Shown piece after piece: positions 32,477 to 41,187 of a stretch of DNA of 64,000 nt (positions within the stretch are counted from its first letter, which is position 1; every line of letters starts with the position of its first letter). Source of the DNA: an uncultured Gammaproteobacteria bacterium (GTDB taxonomy: Bacteria; Patescibacteriota; Microgenomatia; CAZETR01; Amesbacteraceae); the NCBI GenBank assembly GCA_964518565.1, contig CAZFGX010000001.1, positions 905,553 to 969,552 on the forward strand. The letters run 5' to 3'. The translations under genes and the position numbers were made by a program. The notes under the pieces were generated by a model that worked only from the letters and a program-made list of their open reading frames with translations, was not told where the DNA came from and did no database searches.

Positions 32477-32953
32477 TTAAATCGTTAATTCATTTTCTGA
32501 TTTTAAATCCACTGCATTTTTGAATAGCTTTTCAAATACAGCCGCCGCAGTCGCAATCACGGCAATTGCAAACGACACCATAAACCCCAACATAATCGGC
32601 CCAGTAGGATCATCACCATTTGCAAAAAACCTTAAATATAACTGTGCCGCAACAATAAAACCAATTTGCAAAATAGAAACCAATTTAATATTCCGTAGTC
32701 TCTTCACTGCTTCCTTGGAAAACGCTCTATTCGCATCAATCAACTGCAACAATTTAAAAGCTTGAAACAGTCCTACAAAAAACGGTATTGATCCAATGTA
32801 TATATAGATAATTAGCGGATCAGCATAAATCTGCAACAGACTCAACCCTTGTGCCCGTCCTTCAGTCTGTGGAAATCTAATCATCATAGCCACTACTCCC
32901 ACGGCCACCATCAACAGCACCAATTTCAAAAAACCTGTTGTTCCTCGTTTCAT
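32477..32953 (-). CDS. DUF2975-family membrane protein
   Basis: 158 aa with four TM segments. Immediately upstream of a short XRE regulator, which is the usual DUF2975/YozG pairing. Confidence 0.65.
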   Translation of the reverse strand: MKRGTTGFLKLVLLMVAVGVVAMMIRFPQTEGRAQGLSLLQIYADPLIIYIYIGSIPFFVGLFQAFKLLQLIDANRAFSKEAVKRLRNIKLVSILQIGFIVAAQLYLRFFANGDDPTGPIMLGFMVSFAIAVIATAAAVFEKLFKNAVDLKSENELTI

Positions 32954-33055
32954 ATCATAATAATAATTGATTATTTATCGTTTGTCAATAAATTATTATT
33001 GATATACATAACATTACCTCTAAAATAGCTTATCAAATAAGCTATACTTCCATAT

Positions 33056-33958
33056 ATGCTTACCGAAGAAAAAATTCGTCAAACTGAAAACGTAGAAGTT
33101 CCCCCACCCTCCGCAGAACTATTCAACAAACTTACAAGAATCGAGTCTCTACCAGAAACAGAATCTTCAAAACAACTTAAAGACATTCTCAAACAAAAAT
33201 CCCAAGACATGCTAAAAGCGTGGCAAGACAGAGGTTTTATATCTACCCAAGAAGCAAACTCTGTCAGCACTGCTTGGGAGAATACCATTATATTAGACAG
33301 CCAAGGAATGGAAATGTTTGGCCAATATCAATCTTCTATTTTTGAAAAAGCCAAAATAGAATTAGACGCCAGAAATTCAGAACCAGAGATGGCCACCTTA
33401 GCCGAAAAAGCCAAAGCAATAATTGAATCTACAAAACTTACCTGCAAACAAGCTGGTGCTCTCACCTTTAGACCCAGCTCTATGCAAGCCGAAGAATCCA
33501 ACATCGACACACCTCTTCCCTCATTTATTCTTATAAACACAGATAAAACCACCACAGAAAATCCAGGAAAAATAAACGCTACTGCATTTGAAGAAACTGC
33601 CCACCTCATCAGCAAGTTAAGCCAATATCCAGAAGCCAACACCAAATGGCTAGAAGAAACCATGGCTCGAGTTGTAGCATTTGAAACTCCCTCTGCTCAT
33701 GGCGACCAAAACGAAAAAGATTCAAAGACAGCTGCAGATATACTCAGATATCATGACTACAAATTATTGTTTCATATAGTAAATAAACAAATTGGCGATA
33801 ACGGCGAAACCCTACTTCGGATGTTTTTTGGTCGAGAACCACTCAATAGTCCACTTGTTTCAAAAGCCGAAAAAGCCATCAAATCAGTAGACATGATCGC
33901 TCAAATAGTTGACGCTGGCATACCCCTCGACAACCTCCTCGAACAAAAGGATAAGTAA
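33056..33958 (+). CDS. hypothetical protein
   Basis: 300 aa, acidic/helical, no motif. Confidence 0.4.
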   Translation: MLTEEKIRQTENVEVPPPSAELFNKLTRIESLPETESSKQLKDILKQKSQDMLKAWQDRGFISTQEANSVSTAWENTIILDSQGMEMFGQYQSSIFEKAKIELDARNSEPEMATLAEKAKAIIESTKLTCKQAGALTFRPSSMQAEESNIDTPLPSFILINTDKTTTENPGKINATAFEETAHLISKLSQYPEANTKWLEETMARVVAFETPSAHGDQNEKDSKTAADILRYHDYKLLFHIVNKQIGDNGETLLRMFFGREPLNSPLVSKAEKAIKSVDMIAQIVDAGIPLDNLLEQKDK

Positions 33959-34239
33959 ACCTTATTTCCTGCTACAATTAATTTACGAAATGGTTGATTG
34001 CTTTGTATTATTGGCGATGGCAACAGTGGCCAAGGTTTCAATACTGCATCTGGCGGCATTGGACCTGGCCAATCCTACAACATCCAATCGTATATCAATA
34101 TAAATAAACCCAACGGCACATATTCAGGAGCCAATGTTGTGAAATATGGCGACAACTGTTCCACCACCAATGGCACAGTCATCGACACAGTCTCTTACAC
34201 TATTACCCTTACTGATTAATATTGTGTATAATAATTAGT

Positions 34240-34476
34240 ATGAAAACCATGACTTGCAAACAATTAGCCGGAGCCTGTGACTTGGAATTTCATGCCGAAA
34301 CTTTTGATGACATAGCCAAGCTTAGCCAACAACACGGCATGGAAATGTTTCAAAAAGGAGATGCTCCCCATCTGGAGGCTCAACAAAAAATGATGCAGCT
34401 TATGTCAGATCCTACTGCAATGCAAAAATGGATGGATGAAAAACGCGCCGAATTTGACGCCCTGCCCACTGCTTAA
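34240..34476 (+). CDS. DUF1059 family small protein
   Basis: Start at MKTMTCKQLAGACDLEFHAETFDDIAKL… Paralog of 13951..14184. Confidence 0.7.
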   Translation: MKTMTCKQLAGACDLEFHAETFDDIAKLSQQHGMEMFQKGDAPHLEAQQKMMQLMSDPTAMQKWMDEKRAEFDALPTA

Positions 34477-34781
34477 ACTTTTATCTCCAAAGTAAAACTT
34501 ATCTGTTTATTCACCTCCACCTTCTCCTTCTTTCTCACCTCTGCTTTAAGCGGTAAAAGATATGCATTCAGCTTTTTATCCGGAAAAATTGATGTCTCCC
34601 AAACAGTTTTCCCCAGAGTTACTTTTACCGCCAGTGACCCCCAACCTCTCTTAAAATCTCCAAATTGTTGCTTAATTTCTTTTGACATCTCCTCAGGTAT
34701 CGTCACAAAATACCAACCCGCCATGCTCGGATACACCCAAACGTCTGCCTGCAATTTATATCTTTTATTATCACTACTCAT
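34473..34781 (-). CDS. DUF1905 domain protein
   Basis: 102 aa. WVYPSMAGWYFVTIPEE…IFPDKKLNAYLLPLKAEVRK matches the DUF1905 pattern. Confidence 0.6.
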   Translation of the reverse strand: MSSDNKRYKLQADVWVYPSMAGWYFVTIPEEMSKEIKQQFGDFKRGWGSLAVKVTLGKTVWETSIFPDKKLNAYLLPLKAEVRKKEKVEVNKQISFTLEIKV

Positions 34782-35136
34782 TCTTATTTTTACTATTCAA
34801 TTTCACCGCTTCCTGAATCAATTTCACAAAAGCCTCCTCATCAATCTTGTCATTCTCGTGAATCAAAATTGCTCTGTGGGCGTTAATAATCCCTTTCGGG
34901 TCATAGTCTTTCAGTTCTACTCCTTTAGACAAGGTTAGTCTCAAATGTTGTTTATAAATCTCTCCTGTCGAAATAATTCCATTTTTACTCCATACCAAAT
35001 TTCCATCTGGATTAGACGGTTTTCTCCACTTCACCTCCTCCACAATTTCCGAATTGGCTTCGGCCATCAACTGCCGAATTTTTGTCATCACCTCTCCCCG
35101 CCAATCATTAGGTAATGGATAATCAATTTTTATCAT
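34774..35136 (-). CDS. DUF1801 (YdhG-like) domain protein
   Basis: 120 aa. Motif KWRKPSNPDGNLVWSKNGIISTGEIYKQHLRLTL. Confidence 0.45.
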   Translation of the reverse strand: MIKIDYPLPNDWRGEVMTKIRQLMAEANSEIVEEVKWRKPSNPDGNLVWSKNGIISTGEIYKQHLRLTLSKGVELKDYDPKGIINAHRAILIHENDKIDEEAFVKLIQEAVKLNSKNKNE

Positions 35137-35353
35137 AACGATTCCTTGGTTGTGAATTTGTTTTTAAAGACTCCAATAAAATCTTAGCATCTTTGCTAAT
35201 TGCCAAAACTGCCTCCTCAAAAACTTTTTTATTCACTTGTGACGGCTGTCTAAACCCCGACAACTTTCTCACAAATTGCAATGCAGCAGCAGATATTTCG
35301 TCTGCTGTTGCTGGCGGATCAAAATTGTAAAGTGTTTTTATACTTCTACACAT
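35123..35353 (-). CDS. DUF2277 domain protein
   Basis: 76 aa. MCRSIKTLYNFDPPATADEISAAALQFVRKLSGF matches the DUF2277 N-terminal consensus. Confidence 0.7.
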   Translation of the reverse strand: MCRSIKTLYNFDPPATADEISAAALQFVRKLSGFRQPSQVNKKVFEEAVLAISKDAKILLESLKTNSQPRNRYDKN

Positions 35354-35376
35354 AGTTATCAGTCATTATAAAACGT

Positions 35377-35637
35377 TTACTCCACATCAAATTTATCATT
35401 CGCCACACTCGGAGCCTTTATGACCAATAGTTCTGTATTAGGCTGAGCACTAATATTTCGCAATGCTGCTTCGGGATACACTACCAAAAAATCCCGCTGT
35501 TTTAGTTCTACTGTTTCTCCATTTATCTCCACCACGTACCCACCAGAAACAACTACATTCACCTCGACTCCTACTTTATGAAAATGTGCTTGATTTTCTT
35601 CAAAATGCGTCGGCAATTTTTTCCAAGCCACTTCCAT
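35377..35637 (-). CDS. cupin domain protein
   Basis: 86-aa small beta-barrel with His residues (HFHKVGVEVNVVVSGG). Confidence 0.5.
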   Translation of the reverse strand: MEVAWKKLPTHFEENQAHFHKVGVEVNVVVSGGYVVEINGETVELKQRDFLVVYPEAALRNISAQPNTELLVIKAPSVANDKFDVE

Positions 35638-35737
35638 CTCTTCAGTTGCTAAATCGGGAAAGCCCTTATCTCCTTAAAACCTACCCACAAAATATCCCTT
35701 CGTCGATTCAAAGTCGTCCACGGTTCCTTTTACAAAT

Positions 35738-36235
35738 TTATTCACCCGCATTTCGGATTGCTTCAAGATCAAGTTTTTTCATCGGCATAAACACTTTTGT
35801 AACAGCTTCCGCTTTTTTAGGATCACGCATATATTCATCCAAAATCCTTGGGGTTACTTGCCATGTGACACCAAATTTATCTGTACACCAACCACATTGT
35901 TCGGCTTCAGGTACAGCAGACAGTTTCTCCCAGAAAAAATCTATCTCTTCTTGAGTTTCACATTCGATAATATAAGAAGTTGCGCCATTAAGTTTGAATT
36001 GCTCCACAGGACCACCATTAAGAAACATAAAACTAATTCCATCAATATCACATTCCGCTGTCATGACAGACCCCTCTGGCCTGCCAGACACTTCTTCGCT
36101 GGCCTTTGGCGCTTTGGTAACATCTCCCATTTTAGCCTCGTGATTCCCTGGAGCCGAATTAAAAGTATCCATATAATACTTTACCGCCTCTTCACCATTG
36201 TTATTGGCAAACCAGATACATGTAATTAGTTTACT
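35738..36235 (-). CDS. PhnB-like VOC family protein
   Basis: Start moved to MSKLITCIWFANNNGEEAVKYY… (typical PhnB start). Motif GWCTDKFGVTWQV. Confidence 0.6.
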   Translation of the reverse strand, partial: SKLITCIWFANNNGEEAVKYYMDTFNSAPGNHEAKMGDVTKAPKASEEVSGRPEGSVMTAECDIDGISFMFLNGGPVEQFKLNGATSYIIECETQEEIDFFWEKLSAVPEAEQCGWCTDKFGVTWQVTPRILDEYMRDPKKAEAVTKVFMPMKKLDLEAIRNAGE

Positions 36236-36239
36236 CATT

Positions 36240-36665
36240 TTAGTTTGTACAAAACTCAATTATCCACTCAATCCCATATTTATCTCGAAACATTCCTGCA
36301 TAAGATCCCCAAGGACTCTCTCCCATCGGCCCCTCCACTTCTCCCTCAACCGACAATCCATCAAACCATTTCTGTGCTTGGTCTTTAGTATCCGCCTTCA
36401 CCAAAATTTTACTTCTATTCTCTCGCTCATTTACTTTGCCCAACACCTCTGGCACATCGTTAGCAATCAACAAATTATCTTTCCCAATCGGTAAGGCAAT
36501 ATACATGATTTTATTTTCCTCTTTCGGATCCACTGGAAATTCCGCCGTCGCAATATCTTTAAACCGCACAATCTTTTCGAACTCTCCCCCAAAAACAGAT
36601 TTATAAAAATCAAACGCCTCCTGCGCATTCCCGTTAAAATTGATCCAAGGATTCAAACTCGCCAT
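36240..36665 (-). CDS. PhnB-like VOC family protein
   Basis: 141 aa. INFNGNAQEAFDFYKSVFGG…WGSYAGMFRDKYGIEWII. Paralog of 26115..26555. Confidence 0.6.
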   Translation of the reverse strand: MASLNPWINFNGNAQEAFDFYKSVFGGEFEKIVRFKDIATAEFPVDPKEENKIMYIALPIGKDNLLIANDVPEVLGKVNERENRSKILVKADTKDQAQKWFDGLSVEGEVEGPMGESPWGSYAGMFRDKYGIEWIIEFCTN

Positions 36666-36735
36666 TCACAAATGATAACAAATTAAAGTAAAAAGACAAA
36701 AATAGTCCAATTAGAAATTATTTCACACAAATAGC

Positions 36736-37218
36736 TTAATTCTGATTAAGGAGTTCGTGAATAGTTTTAATTAACTCAACGTCCTCAATGTCGTATTGGC
36801 AGCTTCCAATAGACTCAACTCCACTCTGAGTAAAAATATAATACGTAACTTCTGGCCCATCGTATGCACTCGGACACATTTCTGTAAAAGGTTTGGATTT
36901 TATTTTCTCAAAATCTGTACTTTGAATTTCACTCGTAAGGATAGACAGTTCATTTTTGCCCAATTTCACACTCGACCCCTGACCATTTAAAGAATCGCCA
37001 TTTTTTCTAATAAAAGATTGAGAAAAACAAGGACCGTCTGGACACAACCCCCCCTCCGCATTTATCACGACCAAATAGTCACTTGAAGACTCTATCGTTT
37101 TTTTATCAATTGGAGTTCTGTTTGGGTAGAAATAAGTTTTGTATATGTAAAACAAACCGCAGACAGCAACCCCTAAGACCAGGAAAAACACTAATCGCCT
37201 TCTCATTAACCAAGCCAT
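36736..37218 (-). CDS. membrane-anchored hypothetical protein
   Basis: 160 aa with an N-terminal TM, in an AT-rich region. Confidence 0.35.
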   Translation of the reverse strand: MAWLMRRRLVFFLVLGVAVCGLFYIYKTYFYPNRTPIDKKTIESSSDYLVVINAEGGLCPDGPCFSQSFIRKNGDSLNGQGSSVKLGKNELSILTSEIQSTDFEKIKSKPFTEMCPSAYDGPEVTYYIFTQSGVESIGSCQYDIEDVELIKTIHELLNQN

Positions 37219-37322
37219 ATAACCAGAATATCACTTTTGAATTAATGTTTAACGAGTAGTGTGAGAATTAAAAATTCGAAGCTAAAATGTCTGGCTCCGC
37301 CTTTAAGAGGCTATCCGAATGT

Positions 37323-37811
37323 TTAATTTAGCAAATTATCATTCAGATCTATTTGCTTTTTGAGCTCCACAAAATAACTCCATTTTTTGTCCTGATCGGA
37401 AAGAGAATTATAAAAAGCCTTAATTGTTTTATGCATCTTCTTCCCAATAGATAAATGGGGCCAAGGTTTAGTTTTTGCTCCATACCGATTTCTGGTATAG
37501 GTTAAATGAGCAACCTGCTTATCAGCTTTTCTTGCAACAAACAACAAATCCTTCTTCATTGTTTTGTTTTGTTTAAAAGTAAATAGGTTAGATGAATAAT
37601 GATATGCGAACATGTCATCAGGTCGCCTAACTTTCATTCTCTTTGGATAGAAGAAATCAAGAAGGCTTCTGGCATGTATTGCAAATGCGTCAAGAAGAAT
37701 ATTAACTTCAATATGGTTTCTAGGAGTTAGTAAAAGTAATAAAGTTTGGTAGAACATCCAAATTTCATAATAAATATGCTCGGATGCCTTTTTTAACTTC
37801 CGTTTTGTCAT
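37323..37811 (-). CDS. hypothetical protein
   Basis: 162 aa, Lys-rich, in an AT-rich region adjacent to a tRNA. Confidence 0.35.
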   Translation of the reverse strand: MTKRKLKKASEHIYYEIWMFYQTLLLLLTPRNHIEVNILLDAFAIHARSLLDFFYPKRMKVRRPDDMFAYHYSSNLFTFKQNKTMKKDLLFVARKADKQVAHLTYTRNRYGAKTKPWPHLSIGKKMHKTIKAFYNSLSDQDKKWSYFVELKKQIDLNDNLLN

Positions 37812-37844
37812 GAGTATTATGAAGTTCGGATAACGTCTATAGTG

Positions 37845-38106
37845 CTCCCCCGCAGGGATTCGAACCCCGAACCTTTTCGTTACAAGAACCCTCGCATTAC
37901 TGCAAGGCTTGGACTATCTCATCGACCACATGGGCCGCCAGGTATATAGTCTCTACACATTTACTACATATATTTATATGTAGATTTAGCTCGGGATTGT
38001 CCTACAAATGTAGGAGTTCCCCGAATTAGCCTGATTTTTCCACTCGATGTTGCCACCAAGGGCTGCCAATTGACAGCGAATTGCTCTACCGTTGAGCTAC
38101 AGGGGA
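37845..38106 (-). tRNA. tRNA-Asn(GUU) interrupted by a ~190-nt putative group I intron
   Basis: Exon 1 (38106..38073): UCCCCUG-UA-GCUC-AACGGUA-GAGC-A-AUUCG-CUGU. Exon 2 (37882..37845): UAA-CGAAA-AGGUU-CGGGG-UUCGAAU-CCCUG-CGGGGGA-G. Joined, they give a standard cloverleaf with a U1-A72 start like E. coli tRNA-Asn, anticodon loop CUGUUAA and discriminator G. No CCA is encoded. Because both intron flanks carry a full loop, the splice position is ambiguous; an Asp(GUC) reading is possible but lacks the U-1/omegaG boundaries. Confidence 0.6.
37883..38072 (-). ncRNA. putative group I intron inserted in the tRNA anticodon loop (between positions 35 and 36)
   Basis: The 5' exon ends in U and the intron ends in G (omegaG). 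There is an R-like element AGAGACUAUA (plus 37945..37954) and an S-like element GAGAUAGUCC (plus 37911..37920) that could form P7 (GACUA/UAGUC). Several local hairpins. No ORF inside. Confidence 0.55.
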
Positions 38107-38227
38107 ATAAATTGTTAATGTAATTCACCTGTACCAACGGTTCCGTTGAGCTATCACGATCCCGCAATGCGGGAGAGAGATAGAGAAATTTAGCTTGGCT
38201 AAATTTCGATACAGGGGAATAAATTGT
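38098..38227. repeat. partial tandem duplication of the tRNA-Asn 5' end in its leader
   Basis: The 18-nt direct repeat tacaggggaataaattgt occurs at 38098..38115 and 38210..38227 (tRNA nt 1-9 plus 9 nt of leader). The D-arm block ccgttgagcta is duplicated at 38089..38099 and 38143..38153. Hairpins lie between (cccgcaatgcggg; aaatttagc-ttg-gctaaattt). Confidence 0.6.
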
Positions 38228-38280
38228 CAAACCACATTATACTGCACTCCAGCAAAACCTTGTAGAACCTACAAAAACCA

Positions 38281-38320
38281 CAAACACTCCTCACGGGCAG
38301 GAGTGTTCGTACAAAAAACA
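38281..38320 (-). terminator. rho-independent terminator downstream of the DUF378 gene
   Basis: The minus strand reads ACACTCCTgcccgtgAGGAGTGT (8-bp stem) followed by TTGTGGTTTTTGT. Confidence 0.6.
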
Positions 38321-38324
38321 ACGA

Positions 38325-38567
38325 CTATTTCTTTTTCTTCTTAGACTTCATGTCATTCATACACAACATGCAGGTTTTCATATGATTGGCCGCTTCCCAT
38401 ACAGCAGAAGCACCTACGGCTATATATACCAAACTTTCCAACACTGGCATCATGCCAAAAATCACATGCACCACATTCAATCCCAGCAGTCCAACGAGTC
38501 CCCAATTTACTCCACCAACAATAACCAAAATCCAAGTGACCATATGTAGTTGTTTCACATCTCTCAC
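38325..38567 (-). CDS. DUF378 family membrane protein
   Basis: 80 aa. HMVTWILVIVGGVNWGLVGLLGLNVVHVIFG matches the DUF378 consensus. Confidence 0.7.
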   Translation of the reverse strand: MRDVKQLHMVTWILVIVGGVNWGLVGLLGLNVVHVIFGMMPVLESLVYIAVGASAVWEAANHMKTCMLCMNDMKSKKKKK

Positions 38568-38695
38568 CCCCTCAAAAAATATCTATATCTACTATACACA
38601 TTCTTCACGCGATTCTCATCCAGATATCTTACGCCCCTCTTACCCAGGCTGGTTAGACTAAAAAATATGAAATTCAAAGGAGGTGAATACAACAA

Positions 38696-39259
38696 ATGAA
38701 AACAGTGTTAATCGTTCTAATTGGTGTAGTAATTCTCGGTGGTTTAGTCTGGTACGCCGCCGAAAGTCAAAATCAGACTCCCATGACCAATCAAACAGTG
38801 GACGCACCTAGCGACTACGATCTGTCCAACTCGCCTACCACCACCTCAACTCCACCTATGGGCACTACCAATATCAGCCCTACCAGCTCTGAAGCCATGA
38901 CCTCTTCGCCAGTCACAACCCAAGCGGTCACCAGCTTAGTGATCAAGCTTGGATCAGTCAACGATTCCGGTCAAACAGGTACCGCCACACTGACTGAATC
39001 AAACGGCAAGGTCACAGTCAAAATTATGCTCACTGGCACACCCACAGGCTCAGACGAACCTGCCCATATACACACAGGACAATGTCCAGACGTGGGTGAC
39101 GTAAAGTATCCTCTGGCCAACGTTAAAAATGGCCAATCCACGACCCAAATCAACGCCACGATCGCCCAACTGCAAAATCAATTGCCACTGGCAATCAATG
39201 TCCACAAATCCGCCGCGGAATCCAAAACCTATACTGCCTGCGGCGATCTAATCTTCTAA
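38696..39259 (+). CDS. secreted CHRD-like domain protein with Ser/Thr-rich linker
   Basis: 187 aa. Strong SD AAAGGAGGTG. Signal/TM segment, a long S/T/P-rich stretch, then AHIHTGQCPDVGDV…LAINVHKS. Confidence 0.4.
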   Translation: MKTVLIVLIGVVILGGLVWYAAESQNQTPMTNQTVDAPSDYDLSNSPTTTSTPPMGTTNISPTSSEAMTSSPVTTQAVTSLVIKLGSVNDSGQTGTATLTESNGKVTVKIMLTGTPTGSDEPAHIHTGQCPDVGDVKYPLANVKNGQSTTQINATIAQLQNQLPLAINVHKSAAESKTYTACGDLIF

Positions 39260-39265
39260 AAAATC

Positions 39266-39310
39266 GCGCCTCATATCATGCAAAAAAGCAAAATGAGGCG
39301 CATTTTTTTT
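39266..39310 (+). terminator. rho-independent terminator
   Basis: GCGCCTCAT (39268-76), a ~16-nt loop, ATGAGGCGC (39293-301), then T8. Confidence 0.7.
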
Positions 39311-39341
39311 CGCCAAGTCAGTATAATAACTCGCACATCCC

Positions 39342-40037
39342 GTGAATCCGCACAATCTTCACAACGCCAAAATATACGCCGAAAACAGTGCTGCCGCAGC
39401 CAATTTTTTAGCCACCAGCCAAGTCGTCCAATCAGCTCTTCGTCACTGGATCGAAAAATTTGTCTCCACCAACCCTATTCGCATACTCGAACTCGGCAGC
39501 AGTTCTCGTCTAGATCGCTGGCAAATTATTAGTCGCCAGACGACTCGCACATACGATATCGTTTTGTCAGACTTCACCCTCTCAGCCCTGCCTCAAGATC
39601 TGCCTTCCACCGATCAAATGAAACTTCGGGCTATTCAGCTAGATCTGCTCAAAGACAAATTTCCCAAATACCCCTTCAATCTTATTTTGGCTACCTACGT
39701 CTTTGATGCTATTTGGTTTCCTCAAGATCAATATATGAATCATATTCACTACCCCGGCGGGCTGATAGCCAAAGTCCAAGAAGCCTTCTCTACCTGTCTA
39801 GATCGGACTGGCATCTTTATGTCCATTGATCGCACCTCTACCAAATTTGTCCCTGAATATGAAATGTCTGGTACTGCTCGGTTCAAGACCGAAAATTATG
39901 AACTGGCCAAACAAGCGCTCTCCGGCCACGGATTTCGTGCAGATATTCTCAATCTCAATCATTTTCTCGAGCTCGCCGGTACCCGCCTACCCTTAGATTT
40001 ATCAGATCACTCCGTCTTAATCGTTACCAACAGCTGA
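39342..40037 (+). CDS. putative class I SAM-dependent methyltransferase-like protein
   Basis: 231 aa. Motif I-like ILELGSSS, acidic YDIVLSDFT, motif II-like FNLILATYVFDAIW. Weak call. Confidence 0.4.
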   Translation: MNPHNLHNAKIYAENSAAAANFLATSQVVQSALRHWIEKFVSTNPIRILELGSSSRLDRWQIISRQTTRTYDIVLSDFTLSALPQDLPSTDQMKLRAIQLDLLKDKFPKYPFNLILATYVFDAIWFPQDQYMNHIHYPGGLIAKVQEAFSTCLDRTGIFMSIDRTSTKFVPEYEMSGTARFKTENYELAKQALSGHGFRADILNLNHFLELAGTRLPLDLSDHSVLIVTNS

Positions 40038-40049
40038 TACAATATATCT

Positions 40050-40253
40050 ATGGCCAAAAGTCCTCGCCACAATCTCATCAAATATATCCTCGCCGGTGGC
40101 GCCCTCATCTTTTTTTGGCGCGGCATTTGGGGCTTAGCCGACTTATATCTCATCCCCCATATTCCAGCTGCCAGTTATATCGTCTCTGTCATTATTGGCA
40201 TTGTATTACTGGTTATCGACCACCGTTATCTCAAAGAATTACAAAACCACTAA
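40050..40253 (+). CDS. hypothetical small membrane protein
   Basis: 67 aa with two TM segments. Confidence 0.3.
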   Translation: MAKSPRHNLIKYILAGGALIFFWRGIWGLADLYLIPHIPAASYIVSVIIGIVLLVIDHRYLKELQNH

Positions 40254-40254
40254 C

Positions 40255-41187
40255 ATGCGTATTCTGATTACTGGCGGTGCCGGCTTTATTGGTTCACACA
40301 TCCAAGATGCGTTGATTGCTGCAGGTCACGAAGTGGCCATTCTCGATAGTCTCCGCTCCGGAAATACCTCCAATCTCCACCCGAAATCAGTCTTCCATCA
40401 AGTAGATATTCGAGACACACAAAAAGTACCCGAAATATTCAAATCTTTCATACCAGAAGCCGTTTTTCATCTAGCAGCTCAAAACGAAGTCCCTCATTCC
40501 ATGTCGCACCCCCAAGAAGACCTAGATATAAACATCGTCGGCGGATTCAATCTCCTAGAAGCCTGTCGTCAAACTGGTGTAAAAAAACTTATTTATTCAA
40601 ATACTGGCGGTGCCTACTATGGCGAAGTGCCCGAAAGTGCTCTCCCCATCACTGAAGACGAGCCCATCAAAAAACCCACCAGCTTCTACGGTGTCTCCAA
40701 AGCTACATTTGAACAATATCTCAAGCTCTACAGCACTGTCTTTGGCCTATCATATGTTTCTCTCCGTTATTCAAATGTCTACGGCCCTCGCCAAGCTGGC
40801 AACAAAGAAGCCGGCATTATTGCCATCTTCACCACCAAAATGCTCGCTGGAGAGACTCCCACCATCTTTGGCGACGGTGGCCACACCCGGGATTATGTCT
40901 ATGTAGCCGATGTCGTCGCCGCCAATCTAGCAGCTCTCGACTATTCTCAAAACGATTATTTCAACATCTGCACCAGCGTCGAGACGTCAAACAACCAAGT
41001 CTACGCCGCACTAGAATCCGTCCTCAAAACTGGCAAACCCGCCAATTACGGCCCCGATCGCCCTGGCGATGTCCGTCGCAATGTCCTCTCCAACACCAAA
41101 GCCAAAAAACTCCTCAACTGGTCTCCAAAAACAGATCTAGCATCCGGCGTCCACCAAACCGTCGAATTTTACCAGCACGCCAAATGA
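40255..41187 (+). CDS. NAD-dependent epimerase/dehydratase (UDP-glucose 4-epimerase-like)
   Basis: Start at MRILITGGAGFIGSHI (Rossmann GxxGxxG). Catalytic YGVSK (YxxxK). 310 aa. Confidence 0.85.
   Translation: MRILITGGAGFIGSHIQDALIAAGHEVAILDSLRSGNTSNLHPKSVFHQVDIRDTQKVPEIFKSFIPEAVFHLAAQNEVPHSMSHPQEDLDINIVGGFNLLEACRQTGVKKLIYSNTGGAYYGEVPESALPITEDEPIKKPTSFYGVSKATFEQYLKLYSTVFGLSYVSLRYSNVYGPRQAGNKEAGIIAIFTTKMLAGETPTIFGDGGHTRDYVYVADVVAANLAALDYSQNDYFNICTSVETSNNQVYAALESVLKTGKPANYGPDRPGDVRRNVLSNTKAKKLLNWSPKTDLASGVHQTVEFYQHAK

Noticed and set aside
33998-34219. 73-aa Gly/Asn-rich ORF between 33958 and the DUF1059 gene
   Set aside because: It is short, of low complexity, has no convincing RBS, and competes with overlapping ORF 33909..34103. 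It might be a small secreted peptide but is not supportable from sequence alone.
38070-38110. Alternative reading of the split tRNA as tRNA-Asp(GUC), with the intron between positions 38 and 39
   Set aside because: Both flanks carry a complete 7-nt loop, so the splice position is ambiguous. Only the 35/36 position gives a 5' exon ending in U and an intron ending in G, as group I splicing requires. In addition the U1-A72 start matches bacterial tRNA-Asn and not tRNA-Asp. Asp is kept as a stated alternative only.
38098-38227. CRISPR array
   Set aside because: There are only two copies of an 18-nt repeat, the sequence between them is tRNA-derived, and no cas genes are present. The window has no regular repeat-spacer periodicity anywhere.
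37838-38270. tmRNA (ssrA) hypothesis for the ~400-nt hairpin-rich region with tRNA-like ends
   Set aside because: The 5' portion has a genuine D-arm (GUAGCUCAACGGUAGAGC) and a full anticodon stem, which tmRNA lacks. No tag-peptide reading frame ends in a hydrophobic …AA tail. The intron-containing tRNA interpretation fits the sequence better.
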